Source of the DNA: Mytilus californianus
Taxonomy: Eukaryota
DNA: 64,000 bases
Direction of reading: 5' to 3'
NCBI RefSeq assembly: GCF_021869535.1
Contig: NW_026262668.1
Location: 15,686,001-15,750,000 of the forward strand
Part shown: piece by piece, positions 13,208 to 24,640 of the stretch
Position numbering within the stretch: position 1 is the stretch's first letter
Layout of the letters: each line of letters starts with the position of its first letter
Program-made: the position numbers and the translations under genes
The notes under the pieces: model-generated
The model's database searches: none
Told to the model about the DNA's origin: nothing
What the model saw: only the letters and a program-made list of their open reading frames with translations

Positions 13208-15553
13208 ATGTCGAATAATTTCGAGACTTGTAATATGTGGGGGTCTAATAATTTGATTCAGATTTGTGAGAACTGTAGGATTAAGTGCTGTGGTAAGTGC
13301 TTTGAACACCATGGTGGTAATGCATGTAAATATATCAAAGACAGTAAGTGTCATATCTGTGAAATTCACAGAGAACTACTTAATTCTTTGACCGGATATT
13401 GTTTTCAGTGTCAATATTTAATATGTGATTTATGTCGGACAATAGGAGATCATGATGATCATACAATCGTGGTATTAACGGAGGCTGTTTTTATCGTACA
13501 ATCGGAACATATACATTATACAGAGAGTGATGAAAAACGTTCAATTGAAACAACTTCTGATACAAAGAAACTCCTAGAAACTTTAACTGACCAAATAGAA
13601 AATCAGTGTAAAAAAATAATTGATTGTATCTCATTGAAGAAACATAGACTTCTATCAGAACTTAACGAACACAAACAGTCTCTAAAAGATTATGAAATAG
13701 AAAGGGAAAGAGACATACAAAGTGTCCGGGAAGTCATGTCGGAATTAAAATCGTCAAGAGCTGTATTTCCAATTATTTTTTTGCATAAATGGCAAAATTT
13801 TGCAAAACAAATGAATAAGCTTGAAAAAATTAAACCCGCTGATCGACTAACCTTTCATTGTGGATTAATAAACAAATCAAATTTAGATGAACAGTTCGGC
13901 AAGTTACAAAATGTAGATCCGCAAAAGGACGTGAATGATCAAGAAGTTGACAAGTTAGTATCTGATGAATCACTAAAGATAAATAACACAGACATGGTTT
14001 CAAGACAATATCAAGAAATTCAAACACAGAATGAATCGTTGAAAAGGGAGGCATTGAGCCTAAAATCAGAACTAGAAACATTAAAAAATGAGAGAAATTA
14101 CATGATACAACTGTCAGAGGAAACGTGCCAGTTTGTAAAAGACTACAATAGTAAACTGGAAGATTGTTGTATACATGTAAATGAAAAAAATCTGCTCAAA
14201 AGATTTGGTAGTAGTCACATGGACTCGTATGCTGATAGAATGAATTATATCATAAAACAATTCCAGATGCTAAAAGAGCATGGTATTCAAAACGAAAAGG
14301 GATTTTTGGAGCAGCTGAAAGGAATGGCTAAATTGACAAATGAATTGAATTCAGACATAAACCAAAAACAACATGAAATAAGGAAAATGAACAAGTTATT
14401 GAATGATCTACAGTCCAAGGAAAGGCGAATTTCTGAATTGGGAGTTAAAGAATCCGATGCAAGGAAAGGAGAGCAAAAGCTCTATGACACTAAAGATAAA
14501 CTACAAATAGAACACAGTAAAGAAATAGAGTCCCTTAAAATCAAGCATCAATCAGATCTGTTGAAACAAGTTCAAAACGAGAAGAATAGAAATGAAAAGG
14601 TGAATAGACAAACACAAGAAAAAATAATAAAACTACTCAAAGAAAAAGATGAGAATATCTTACAACTGAGAGGAGAAATTAAAGGCAGTCAAGCACGTTT
14701 TGATGATAACATCAATCATTTACAGCTGAAGCTGTACGAAGGCGAGACTGAAATAATGCAACTCCGGCAGGTTCAGAAAGAGACACAAGAAAATATAAAA
14801 AAACTAATAACAGAAAAAGACGAACTTCAAACTCGGCTTAGTAGTGTTGCTGGGGAGAAACTTAGCAAGGGAAATCCCACTATTACCGATCTTGGAGATC
14901 CTAATCGTCCAATGAAAATTGGTGAAAAATATGGAGAATTGTATGATAATGAATGGACAGATGCTATGGAATGCATCAATGACATAAAATCATTTTACAG
15001 CGACTGTGAACATCTAGATATAGAGGAAGTAATGGTACTTCATCTTTGTAGACTACTGAAAATGTGTTACAACGAATGTTTATCATTGGCAGATGAACAG
15101 ATAGATAAAATTGGAAAAACAATTTCAGAAACTTTGTGTCTCAATGTTAATTCTAGAAGTGATTATTACAATTTACCCGCGTGCAAAGATGTAGTCGTAC
15201 AAAGAAGACAGAAGTCTGACCACTTTGTGAATCATTTGCTTGCTAATCAGATTATCGGCAAAACAGCTGTGCATGACTGGAATTATGCTTATAAAAGTGG
15301 AGACGTAATGAAGCGTCTAATGAAAATGCAATTTTTTGAAAAATGTGTAAGTCTTTGTTGGTGTATGGTGATTCAAGATCCCGTAATGTATTTAGATGCA
15401 GACATAACGCAAGGCACAACTTTCGACAAGAATACATACAAAGAATTTGTCAAGAGCGGAAACAAAGTAAAATATATTGTTTGGCCAGCACTTTTTCTAC
15501 ACAAAGACGGGCCTTTGCTTCATAAAGGAATCGTACAAGCGTATTGGCAATAA
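13208..15553 (+). CDS. Intronless B-box1/B-box2 - coiled-coil - MIEAP-domain protein (RING-less TRIM-like), 781 aa
   Basis: N-terminal C/H clusters CENCRIKCCGKCFEHH and CEIH...YCFQCQYLICDLC..GDHDDH (B-box 2 pattern), then about 450 aa of coiled coil. The C-terminal ~240 aa are closely paralogous to 9465-10673. Confidence 0.85.
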   Translation: MSNNFETCNMWGSNNLIQICENCRIKCCGKCFEHHGGNACKYIKDSKCHICEIHRELLNSLTGYCFQCQYLICDLCRTIGDHDDHTIVVLTEAVFIVQSEHIHYTESDEKRSIETTSDTKKLLETLTDQIENQCKKIIDCISLKKHRLLSELNEHKQSLKDYEIERERDIQSVREVMSELKSSRAVFPIIFLHKWQNFAKQMNKLEKIKPADRLTFHCGLINKSNLDEQFGKLQNVDPQKDVNDQEVDKLVSDESLKINNTDMVSRQYQEIQTQNESLKREALSLKSELETLKNERNYMIQLSEETCQFVKDYNSKLEDCCIHVNEKNLLKRFGSSHMDSYADRMNYIIKQFQMLKEHGIQNEKGFLEQLKGMAKLTNELNSDINQKQHEIRKMNKLLNDLQSKERRISELGVKESDARKGEQKLYDTKDKLQIEHSKEIESLKIKHQSDLLKQVQNEKNRNEKVNRQTQEKIIKLLKEKDENILQLRGEIKGSQARFDDNINHLQLKLYEGETEIMQLRQVQKETQENIKKLITEKDELQTRLSSVAGEKLSKGNPTITDLGDPNRPMKIGEKYGELYDNEWTDAMECINDIKSFYSDCEHLDIEEVMVLHLCRLLKMCYNECLSLADEQIDKIGKTISETLCLNVNSRSDYYNLPACKDVVVQRRQKSDHFVNHLLANQIIGKTAVHDWNYAYKSGDVMKRLMKMQFFEKCVSLCWCMVIQDPVMYLDADITQGTTFDKNTYKEFVKSGNKVKYIVWPALFLHKDGPLLHKGIVQAYWQ

Positions 15554-16987
15554 TTTGATATTTGACGTGTTTTTGAATGATTGAAAGAAATTAAACGGAA
15601 TAACAAGGTATCCAAAAGTTAACTGAATAAAACACAACCGGCGAAATATACCAAAGGGATAATGAACTGCATCATTTGAATACTGATTTTCCTAATTTGG
15701 TTTTTTATATGTTGAATTATTACTTAATACATAATGACATTTTCTGTTTAAATCTCTTCAGACATAACTAATTATAAACAAAAAATGTTATATTATATAA
15801 TATCCAAAATAAAAACAACAATGATGTAAAAATAAACGCAAGAAGGTAAGGCGTTTCGTTTTATCGATGTGAATCATCCTCTGCTAGCGTGGTGTTTTGA
15901 AATATCATTCAACTTTTATATCAGGGGACTTATGAGTTATTTCTTCTATACAATACTGATAGTTTCGTTGTATTTGTGTTATATTTTGTTCTTTTGTACG
16001 CAGCGTTTTATTGAAGTTCAAAATTGGCGTCACAGATACCTTTTAAATTCCACTACTTTGTTCAGTGATATTTACTAACAAGAATAAGTAATCACAATCG
16101 TAATGAAGTAAGATATGTTTAATATGTCGATTGTCCATATACTACCCAATTTCAAGAAAAATCTGTTCAAGCGGGGTAATAATTGATAATTGTTTGTCAA
16201 ATACTGGACTCGGTACAAACATTACATGAGGTCTTACCAAAACTCCAACTTGAATGACAGTCATTTCAATTTATTTCATGTTTACCTTGAATTCAGCATT
16301 CTCCTCACTTCACTGAAATATATTGACTGGTACATCAGGCTGTATAGCGAAAGGTTGATTAAAGGTATCAAAAACTAGTTTACCCAACCATGTGGTCATG
16401 CATTTGTCCTAAGTCAAGAACCTCGTCAGTAGTTTTGCTTAATTATAACTCACGTAATGTGTTTTATCCTGCTGGGAATTTAATATTAAGGGCTTGGATA
16501 GTCTGTCATAAATTTATTCCCACATTTTCTACGCTTGGGACGATTCGGAGCTTGACATTTTGTATATTTTTAGAAATTATATAATGATTTGTAATGTTTG
16601 TTTCTGTTTTGTGTCTTTTGATTGTTGACTAGTTTGTGATAATTTTATATGTTGTTCATATAAACTACTAGTAAATCAAGGAATGTTCCCGACGTTCGTT
16701 ATTTACCCAAAATTTACTATCTACGATAATGTACATTACAAGCATAGGAACAATTTTGATAACATCTATAATTGCTTCAATCCATGATACTCTCGTTTCA
16801 TAGCAACAAGAAAAAACTCGAACCAAAATGATTCCTGCCAACGATTAGTTGAGATTATAGAAGATTGACTGACTGATTGATTGTTAGTTGCTGAACAGCA
16901 AGTGGAAAATGAATTAATAAAAGATACATTTTTAGGTAGATTCACCGAAGTAAAAGGACAAAATGAAAATAACACTTTATAAATTGT

Positions 16988-17035
16988 ATGCATTCGAAGC
17001 GAATTTTTGGGTTAACCTTCATCAGGCATGTTCAA
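16988..17035 (-). ncRNA. Degenerate hammerhead relic (family B)
   Basis: The minus strand reads CATGC-CTGATGA-AGGTTAACCCA-AAAA-TTCGCT-TC-GAATGC; GAAA is mutated to AAAA. Confidence 0.45.
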
Positions 17036-17123
17036 AGCCAAATGATGTATTAGAAGAGAAAACGTAAAGAACTATATGACCAAAAAGGTCATATTCAGCA
17101 CGATTGGATGTTTTGTGGCGATT

Positions 17124-17310
17124 ATTTTTTTATTGGTGGAGGACGCCGGAGTGCCCGAAGGGAACCACCGACCTTCGGTAGGAAAACTGACAATCCTAGT
17201 CAATTAAGATTGGAGTCGAACGCACCTGCATTGTGCGGAGTACAAACTCACAATCCCAGTGTTGACAGACTAGTGATACAGTACTTGGACTACTTCGACC
17301 ACCGAGGCCC
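17124..17310 (-). mobile_element. Degenerate tRNA-derived SINE with V/Meta-type core
   Basis: The minus strand has a GGGCCTCGGTGGTCGAAG head (A-box-like), a B-box-like GTTTGTACTCC, GGTCGGTGGTT..CGGGCACTCCGG..TCCTCCACC and an A-rich tail. Confidence 0.55.
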
Positions 17311-17424
17311 GAGTACATATCAAGAGAATTTTGACTAATGCACACGATGTAAATGACTTCTTTTACATATAGCTGGAGAAAGAGACGGAAGATACCAAAA
17401 GGGAGATTAAAACTCATAAGTTAA

Positions 17425-17452
<28 letters not shown>
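17425..17452. repeat. (AG)14 microsatellite
   Basis: Directly visible. Confidence 0.95.
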
Positions 17453-17455
<3 letters not shown>

Positions 17456-17688
17456 CAAAATCCTAACAAAAAATGAAAACGATGAAAAGTCTACAAAACA
17501 CTACATAAAAAACTAAAACTGAGCAACATGAACCGCACCAAAATCCTGGGTGATCTGAGGCTCCGGAAGGTGAAGCAGATCATGCTCCAAATTGGTCACA
17601 TGTCATGTTTCTCAGGGAAGTGATAGTCGTGTTTAGTTATGTCACAATCGAGGAAAAGAGTACGAGATGGTGCAACATATCCTTGATC

Positions 17689-17725
17689 TTCTGGTAAATC
17701 CAGAAAAGCGCGTCGGACGCACGCA
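17689..17725 (+). ncRNA. 3' half of a hammerhead relic (family B)
   Basis: GGTAAATCCA-GAAA-AGCGCG-TC-GGACGC; the CUGAUGA half is missing. Confidence 0.4.
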
Positions 17726-18167
17726 TACAATTTATAAAGTGCTGTTTTCGTTTTTTTTTATATTTATAATATTTCTGTATCATAATGTGTATGTAAATCT
17801 CACTTTTGTAACTGTTTTGATATATTTTCTCTCTCTCTCTCTCTCAAATGTGACATTGACGCAAAGACAATACATGGAAGTTTTTATTTCAGTAGGAAAT
17901 TTATCTTAAATAGTATAGCATACCATTTAATTGTGTTTTAATTAATTGATACTGCATAATGAGTGCAACACGAATTAATTATACGAAAGTACAACAGTCC
18001 GCAACAACTAACTCATCTGAGAAATTAAAAAAAACAAACATTTACCTAACAAAACATGTTCCATATAGCCTTACTTCGTATTTATCATTATTTGATTGTT
18101 TATATAAAAAACTGTCTGTATTATCAGAAAACTGTTTTGTTCAAACTTGTCCGGTTCTATTTCATAT

Positions 18168-20012
18168 TTAAAGAATGCATTTAGCTAAGTGTAGACAAAC
18201 GTCTGCCATTTTAACAAAATATTCATTGATGCCAACGAAAAACTTTAATCGCACTGTAAGTTCTAGTTCTTGAAAAACTTTTATTTTGCCTCCGTGATTT
18301 CCTAAATGATGGAGGCAAAGAAAACGAAGAAGATGAAAATAAACAACTGCTGGTAAAAAAAGTTCTCCGTGTCGGTTTAATGATTCAAGGGGTTTCAGTT
18401 CTTCTGGTAATAAAATGAATGGTTCGAAAAAAAAAACTTCTGCGAAAAGATAATGCTTGCAAGCCAGCGTAAATCCAACTGTTTGTATTCTTCTTTGGAA
18501 CACAGTTTGTTCTTCTATTGAACTGTTGCCATGTAATCTAATCTTACCTGGCGCTAGCTTGCATAAGCAGTGGTTTACTATATACATGCCTTGTTTGAAT
18601 TGTTTTCTTTTATAAAAAAAATGAGGCAATTAATATCCAACCAGAAGCCGCGTCTGTATACAAATTTGATTTAAGATATTTCAATAAGTTATTGTCTTGT
18701 CTGTAAAATGATTTGTTTCTTCCGGACATATTTGGTAGAAAATGTTGTTGCACATATCTTTGGCAAAGTAAGGAAGTGAAGTAAAGGAAAATTTCTTTAG
18801 AAGAAAAATATGCACAAGCAAACATAGCACGCTGTAATCGTATCGGTAAGACTTGGATTGAACCATTCGATAAATGCCCTAAATAAACAAGACATTGCAC
18901 GAAAGAAACTGTTAAATAGGGTAGAATTATAGTACGTTGTACGGATCTGAACGTTTGTAAGGTGTCCGTGTGGAAACCACAAGTCCAACCTAGATTATAA
19001 GTGCGAAGTAATGTTGTCAATAAACATTTATGCTGTGAATCTTTAAACCTATAAAAAACAGGTTGTTATCAGGAATAAAATATTGAAGACAAGTCTTGTA
19101 TTTAACACAGTAAATTAGTCGACGTAAGCAGGTTATGAAACAACTAATTAAATTTTCGGGTCTCCGGTATAATGAACTAGTCTCTTCGTTCAACCAAAGC
19201 ATTATGGTTTTAATGAAATACGAGCATAGTAAATCTCCGTGTTCTTCTTTTATTATATCTTTCAAAAGAATTTTAAGCACAGCATAGCATAATAATTGCG
19301 TGTGAGAAAATGAAAAAATAATAAGATGTTTTTCTGCTACTGAAAATGATATACGCCATTCAAGATCCTCAGTTGTAGAATCCTTACTTCCAACTGGAAC
19401 AAATAAAGTTCCATATTCTACAATGGAAGTAATTAAAGCATGATAAAGATTCGAAGATCCTGATCTATAGATCCATGGGTGAGCAGCAGAAAACCATTCT
19501 TGGCAGCAAAAAGAGTATGTCCCATCAAAGATAGCATCTGAATTAGAAATGCATGGACCGTGAATTATCATATCTCCCGGTAATTCCATTTGTAAAGAAA
19601 ACTCCTTGAAAAGTTTACTTGATATGTAGTAATCACCCTCTATTAATTCGCAGCAATCTTTTACTGGGAAGCTGGTAGGTGATCCGTGTAATAACTTGAG
19701 CTTTGTAAATCCGGGTTTTACGTCAAAGGTGTCCATTACGATAGGCATTTTATTTTGAAAGTTATGAATCTCATACACATTCCCATATACTCGATAAAGT
19801 TGAATAACTGCCATCCGATCGTTATCACTACCTGCAAGGTCTAAGCCTTCTGACTTACTCCCACTACTTATATAGGTAAATTTATTGTCTTTGCTAACAA
19901 AATCCATTGCTACAAATATCTCTCTTCTTGTCCTTACCCCTTCCTTCAAACCAAAAATATTGCATAAATATTGATAGAATTTAGTTGATACTTCTCCATC
20001 TATGAGGTACAT
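18168..20012 (-). pseudogene. Mab-21/cGAS-like receptor (cGLR) nucleotidyltransferase, ~614 aa if two frameshifts are corrected (pseudogene or assembly error)
   Basis: NTase motif SGSKSEGLDLAGSDND, then HGPC and WRISFSVAEKHLI...LCSYFIKT...YFIPDNNLF (Mab-21 C-lobe). The helical C-terminus continues through ORFs 18610-19020 and 18168-18629. Frameshifts fall in A6 at 19053-19058 and A8 at 18614-18621. A splice acceptor lies just upstream of the ATG (AG at 20030-20029). Confidence 0.85.
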
Positions 20013-21390
20013 ATTATATTTTACAAATCTGCAAATAAAAAAGAAAATAAAAATAATTTAAGCAACATGTTAAAACAGTATATTTATAACTTATATTTCC
20101 TAAAGCAATTAGTTGGCGACCATCTTAATGGTTACTCCGAGTTTTAAAAGGTTGTGAATAAATAACAGACATTAATCAAATGCTACCCAATAAAACTTTC
20201 TTAACTTTCATTTTGAGAAAATTGTGTAAATTAAGGCGACAGTAGTATACCGATGTTCAAATCTCGTAAATGTCTAAAATGTAGAAGGAAGGATATTGAT
20301 TGTATGCACTGTAAGAGGAATTTTGAGAATCCCAAAATTATAATTTACAAAAGGCCTGGAGTAAGTACTTTCACTCTTATCCATAAGTTTCGTTTTGATT
20401 ATTGGTAAAATAAATGTTTATGGTTTCGTGAAGCTAGTCTGTATGGACACCTGGCCCAAGTTAAGAACCTGTAATTCAGTGGTTGCCATTGTATGCTGTC
20501 TGTCACATTTATATCCATCGCATTTGGACTGGTGGTTAGTTGTCTCATTAGCAATCATGCCACATCTCCTTATTTTTATACTGTTACTTGAGAACCTTTT
20601 TTTTGGGTATTATGAATAGTAAAGGAAGGCAGTTCGTCTTCTTTCGTGAAGTTTCAAAGATTTAAACTTTTTAAGTGTTGTCGATATAATAAGTTAAGCT
20701 ACTTAGTGGACTATCAATTAATATGTCTGGTCATTTCTTTAAAAAATGTAAGATATATCTTGTAAAGTTTGGGTCTTGTTGCATTAATACAATTTGAAAT
20801 GTAATTTGCGTTGACGATCTAACAACAATGTGAATTATCGTCTCGCATTGCCTTGTCTTGCGTATGGTATCATAGCCAGTAAATTTGACAGTCGACACCC
20901 CAATAGACAACGGCAACTCTTCAACTACAGTACAGGTCTGCTATAGTAACGGCCCAAAATGAGCCTATCCTTAGGGTCAAGGTACAGGGTATTAGCTATG
21001 TCACAGATTAAGGTAAAATATTGCATACAACTTTGGCTCAATAAACACCAAAACAGAAACAGAAAATCCAACAAAACCAATATATTTATCTCTTTTATTT
21101 TCTGAAATATTGCGAAATAAATTCTTTCAAAGTAGGCGAATATTGTATAGAAAGCACATAAACCGGCGAAAAACGTTCATTATTTAAAAAAAAAAGACCA
21201 AATCTCCTATTCAAAATTCAAAGAATATTTTGTTAAACATAAATTTCCGGTGGATAGATATAAAATAATTATAGGGTCATTGGCTTCGTGTTTTTTGTGT
21301 ATTAACCAACCTGTTACCTAGTTGGTAGTGAAAAACTAGAACACCACTTTGAAAGATGTATACTGTAAAAAGGAAGTCGGTGGCTCTAAT

Positions 21391-22220
21391 CCGAACACGT
21401 GCCAACCAATATTCTCCAAACACGTGCCAACCAATATTCTCCGAACAAGTAACAAACGATATACTTCTTTGGGTCGATATATCCTGTATTGACCTCATAC
21501 ATAGGCTATAATTGTTATATTATTAATTTCCGACCATATTTGTATGAAAATCGTCGTTTGATTTTGTTGGAAATTTATAGATATCCTATTGTCTCCTAAA
21601 CAATAACAACAAATTAGTTGTTATTTCATTCATTTTTTATGTTTGTTTTTTAACATCTTATGTATTTGAAGATTTTTTTTCTTCAAATAATCGATCAAAT
21701 ATATTTTTTAATAAAACTTTTAACCGGAATATCATGAAATTCGTTACATGACGTCACAAAGTATATCGGTTTTTAGATATTCTAAAAATAACCGTGCAAT
21801 ATGCTTTTTGCTATGCAATATGCTTTTTGCTATCCGCCGTTTTCTGTCTACCTTCGAAAATATAGTTTAACATGTGACTATCCCTGAACGAATCAAATTA
21901 GTTAAAATATACGAATTAATAATATTAACCAATATTATCCGAACACGTGCCAACCAATATTCTCCAAACACGTACCAACCAATATTCTTAGAACACGTGC
22001 CAACCAATATTCTCCGAATACGTAACAAACAATATTCTCCGAACACGTACCAACCAATGTTCTCCGAACACGTGCCAACAAATATTCTCCGAACACGTGC
22101 CAACCAATATTCTCTGAACACGTGCCAACCAATATTCTCCGAACACATACCAACCAATATTCTCAGAACACGTGCCAAACAATATTCTCAGAACACGTGC
22201 CAACCAATATTCTCCGAAAA
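21391..22220. repeat. 25-bp minisatellite CCGAACACGTGCCAACCAATATTCT in two blocks (21391-21455, 21939-22220)
   Basis: About 2.5 and about 11 copies. Confidence 0.9.
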
Positions 22221-22839
22221 AGTGCTTACCAATTTTCTCATACCACGGACCAACCATTCAAGTCCCTTTCGACTTTCTTATACATCCTGATTACACATTG
22301 GCGACCGTTGCGGAGGGAAGGGGTCTTTCTCCTCGGTGGGAGAGAGAAGGTGAGTGTTTCTTTGTCTCGGGCTTCGAGCAGAAGGTTCTTAAAAGGGAGC
22401 AACGAATACTTTAAGCATTAATCCATACTAAACTTGTATACATTGATTTTCCATTTCCTTTTTGATATTTTAGTTCATAAGTAGACGCAGTTGTACAACC
22501 TTTGCAAAGTATGTAATAATGATTATAATGCTTACTTACATTTTAAATAGCAGAAAGGATATTAACACCACACTAACGTATCATTAACACCACACTAACT
22601 TATCAGAGACTTGTTAGTACACTATATCCTCTGCCTAAAACTGATGAATTCCTTGTTTTAATTCTAAAATCATCAACTTGATATAGTTTGAATAGAATGT
22701 GCATTTTACATGGTAGGTTATGAAACAGGAAGGAAAAGTTGACGTCCGGGAAATAATTATACCTTTATTTGCGATTTTAATAATTTTTATTATGATTATG
22801 AGAATTTGAAGAAAAAAAACCCGGGAAGTTACAGAGATA

Positions 22840-23200
22840 TACATTTTTGAATTTTGAATTTTCTTCTTCACAACATTTTTGTAGTTAATCCTTCAACCAT
22901 TCGTTCAAATTGCATTTTTATATTTAACATGGGTTTAATTTATGCGTTTATACGTTGTTTTTATTAAAACTGTCAGTTGAACTTTTTTATCATGATTCGG
23001 AGATTTTTGTCATATAAGGAATAAAAAAGAAAAACAAAACAAAACAAGAAGTTACAAAGATATTAGTTTTTGAATTTTCGTTTTCACAACATTGCATATC
23101 CTTAATCCTTCAACCACTCGTTCGCATGGCATTTTTATATTAAAAATATATTTAGTTTATGCGTTTATACGTTGTTTGAATAACAACTGTCATTTGAACT
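22840..23200. repeat. ~150-bp imperfect direct repeat pair
   Basis: TTAATCCTTCAACCA..CGTTC...TTTATGCGTTTATACGTTGTTT...AACTGTCA occurs twice, ~215 bp apart. Confidence 0.65.
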
Positions 23201-23224
23201 TTATGATGGTTGGATATTAATATA

Positions 23225-23763
23225 AGTATAGATTATAACATGCCCTTTTCCATATTGGCCCTGGTATCATCCCGAGACTCCCATATCGGCCTCGAGGCTT
23301 TAGCCGAGGGACGATATGGGTCGAGGGATGATACCAGGGCCAATATGGAAAAGACATGTTATAATCAATTTATCACATATTTAAGTTCTGCAGAAAAGAG
23401 AAAAAAGTTCAATTATAACAATTTAATGAAATATAACAGGTAAAATCTTAAAAATTTTATCACAAAAGTTTTATCCCATTTTCAAATTAAGTTTTTATCA
23501 TAACTCCATAGAAATTTATTGTCACATTTCCACTTATTTTGGAATATGGCAATACACAAACGCCAGAATTTGGCATAATTGGGGCTAAATCTATAACTGT
23601 TGGTTGTGCATTGTTACAAGTTGCCATTGTCGTTAAGGACGCAATGACGTCACGTCATTTGGAATCAGGGCACAATAACCAATAACCTCTTTTTTGCCCC
23701 GGGCAATTTTGAGGTTATTACATATGCAAAACCCAACGTATTCGTAACAAATATGTGATAATA
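23225..23763 (-). mobile_element. Non-autonomous element with subterminal IR pair and ~135-bp terminal hairpin
   Basis: Hairpin 23231-23366; IR pair TTATCACATATTT (23371) and AAATATGTGATAA (23749). Confidence 0.6.
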
Positions 23764-23924
23764 TAAACTTATTTACTGCTATAATAAGTAAAATTATCAT
23801 CGTTGGGTTCTTTATTTGATATGCTGATTGTATTATTTTTGCATTATTGGTATTGCAATTAAATTGTTCAACAAAGTGTCTTCACGTTATTAATCTATTC
23901 TTTGTTAAAAAAAAAGGTTTTGAT

Positions 23925-24640
23925 GAAATAACTCATCAAAGATACCAGGCTTATAATTTTGTACGCCAATCGCGCGTTTTATTTTCAAGAGACTTATCAG
24001 TGACGCCGTCGAATACAAAAAAATCAAGACCAAATCAAGTAAGAAGTTGAAGATCATTGAGTGCCAAAATTCCAAAAGGTTTTGCCAAAATACAGCTAAG
24101 GTTATCTGCTTAAAATTCAGATCTATCTTTACTCGCATGCTCGTTATTATAAGATGATAACGAAATCAGAGATCTATATTTAAATAAGTTTGCAGCTAAG
24201 ATAATCTATTCCTGGAATAAAAAATCCTTAGTTTTTCGAAAAAAGTTTTGTAAACATATAATTTATAAATATGACAATATCAATGATAATTCATGTCAAC
24301 ACAGACGTGCTGACTACTGGGCTGGTGATACCATCGAGAGGAAACCTCTACAAGCAGTGTCATCGGCCCAGTGGTTGTGTAAACACTCATCAGAGATATC
24401 AGGCTTATAGTTTTGTACGCCAGACGGGGGTCTCGTCTACAAAAGACTCACCAGTGACGCTCGAATCAAAAAAATTTAAAAGGCCAAATAAAGTACGAAA
24501 TTGAAGAGCATTGAGGACCACAAATTCCGACAGGTTTTGCCAAATACAGATGAGGTAATCTATTCCTGGCGTAGAAAATCCTTAGTATTTCGAACATTCA
24601 TTTCCAAGTTTTGTATACACTCAATTTATAAATATGCTAG
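23925..24640 (-). mobile_element. Retrozyme-like tandem unit (about 1.5-2 monomers) with two degenerate hammerheads
   Basis: Hammerhead relics at ~23961-24008 (CUGAUAA) and 24417-24460 (CUGGUGA...GAGA) are 454 bp apart, or 354 bp without a 100-bp insert. The downstream sequence repeats after each hammerhead. Internal CCAGCCCAGTAGTCAGCAC domain on the minus strand. Confidence 0.7.

Noticed and set aside
22290-22390. HDV-like ribozyme suggested by TCCTCGGT-GGG
   Set aside because: No P1 partner for the downstream AGAGAGA and no convincing P2 or J4/2.
21867-22421. Overlapping repetitive ORFs on both strands
   Set aside because: Products of the 25-bp minisatellite.
24113-24192. Hammerhead or SECIS reading of the CTCTGATTTCG...CGAGCATGCGAGT motif
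   Set aside because: It lacks the CUGANGA/GAAA pairing and the UGAN/NGAN quartet; kept only as an unclassified hairpin motif.
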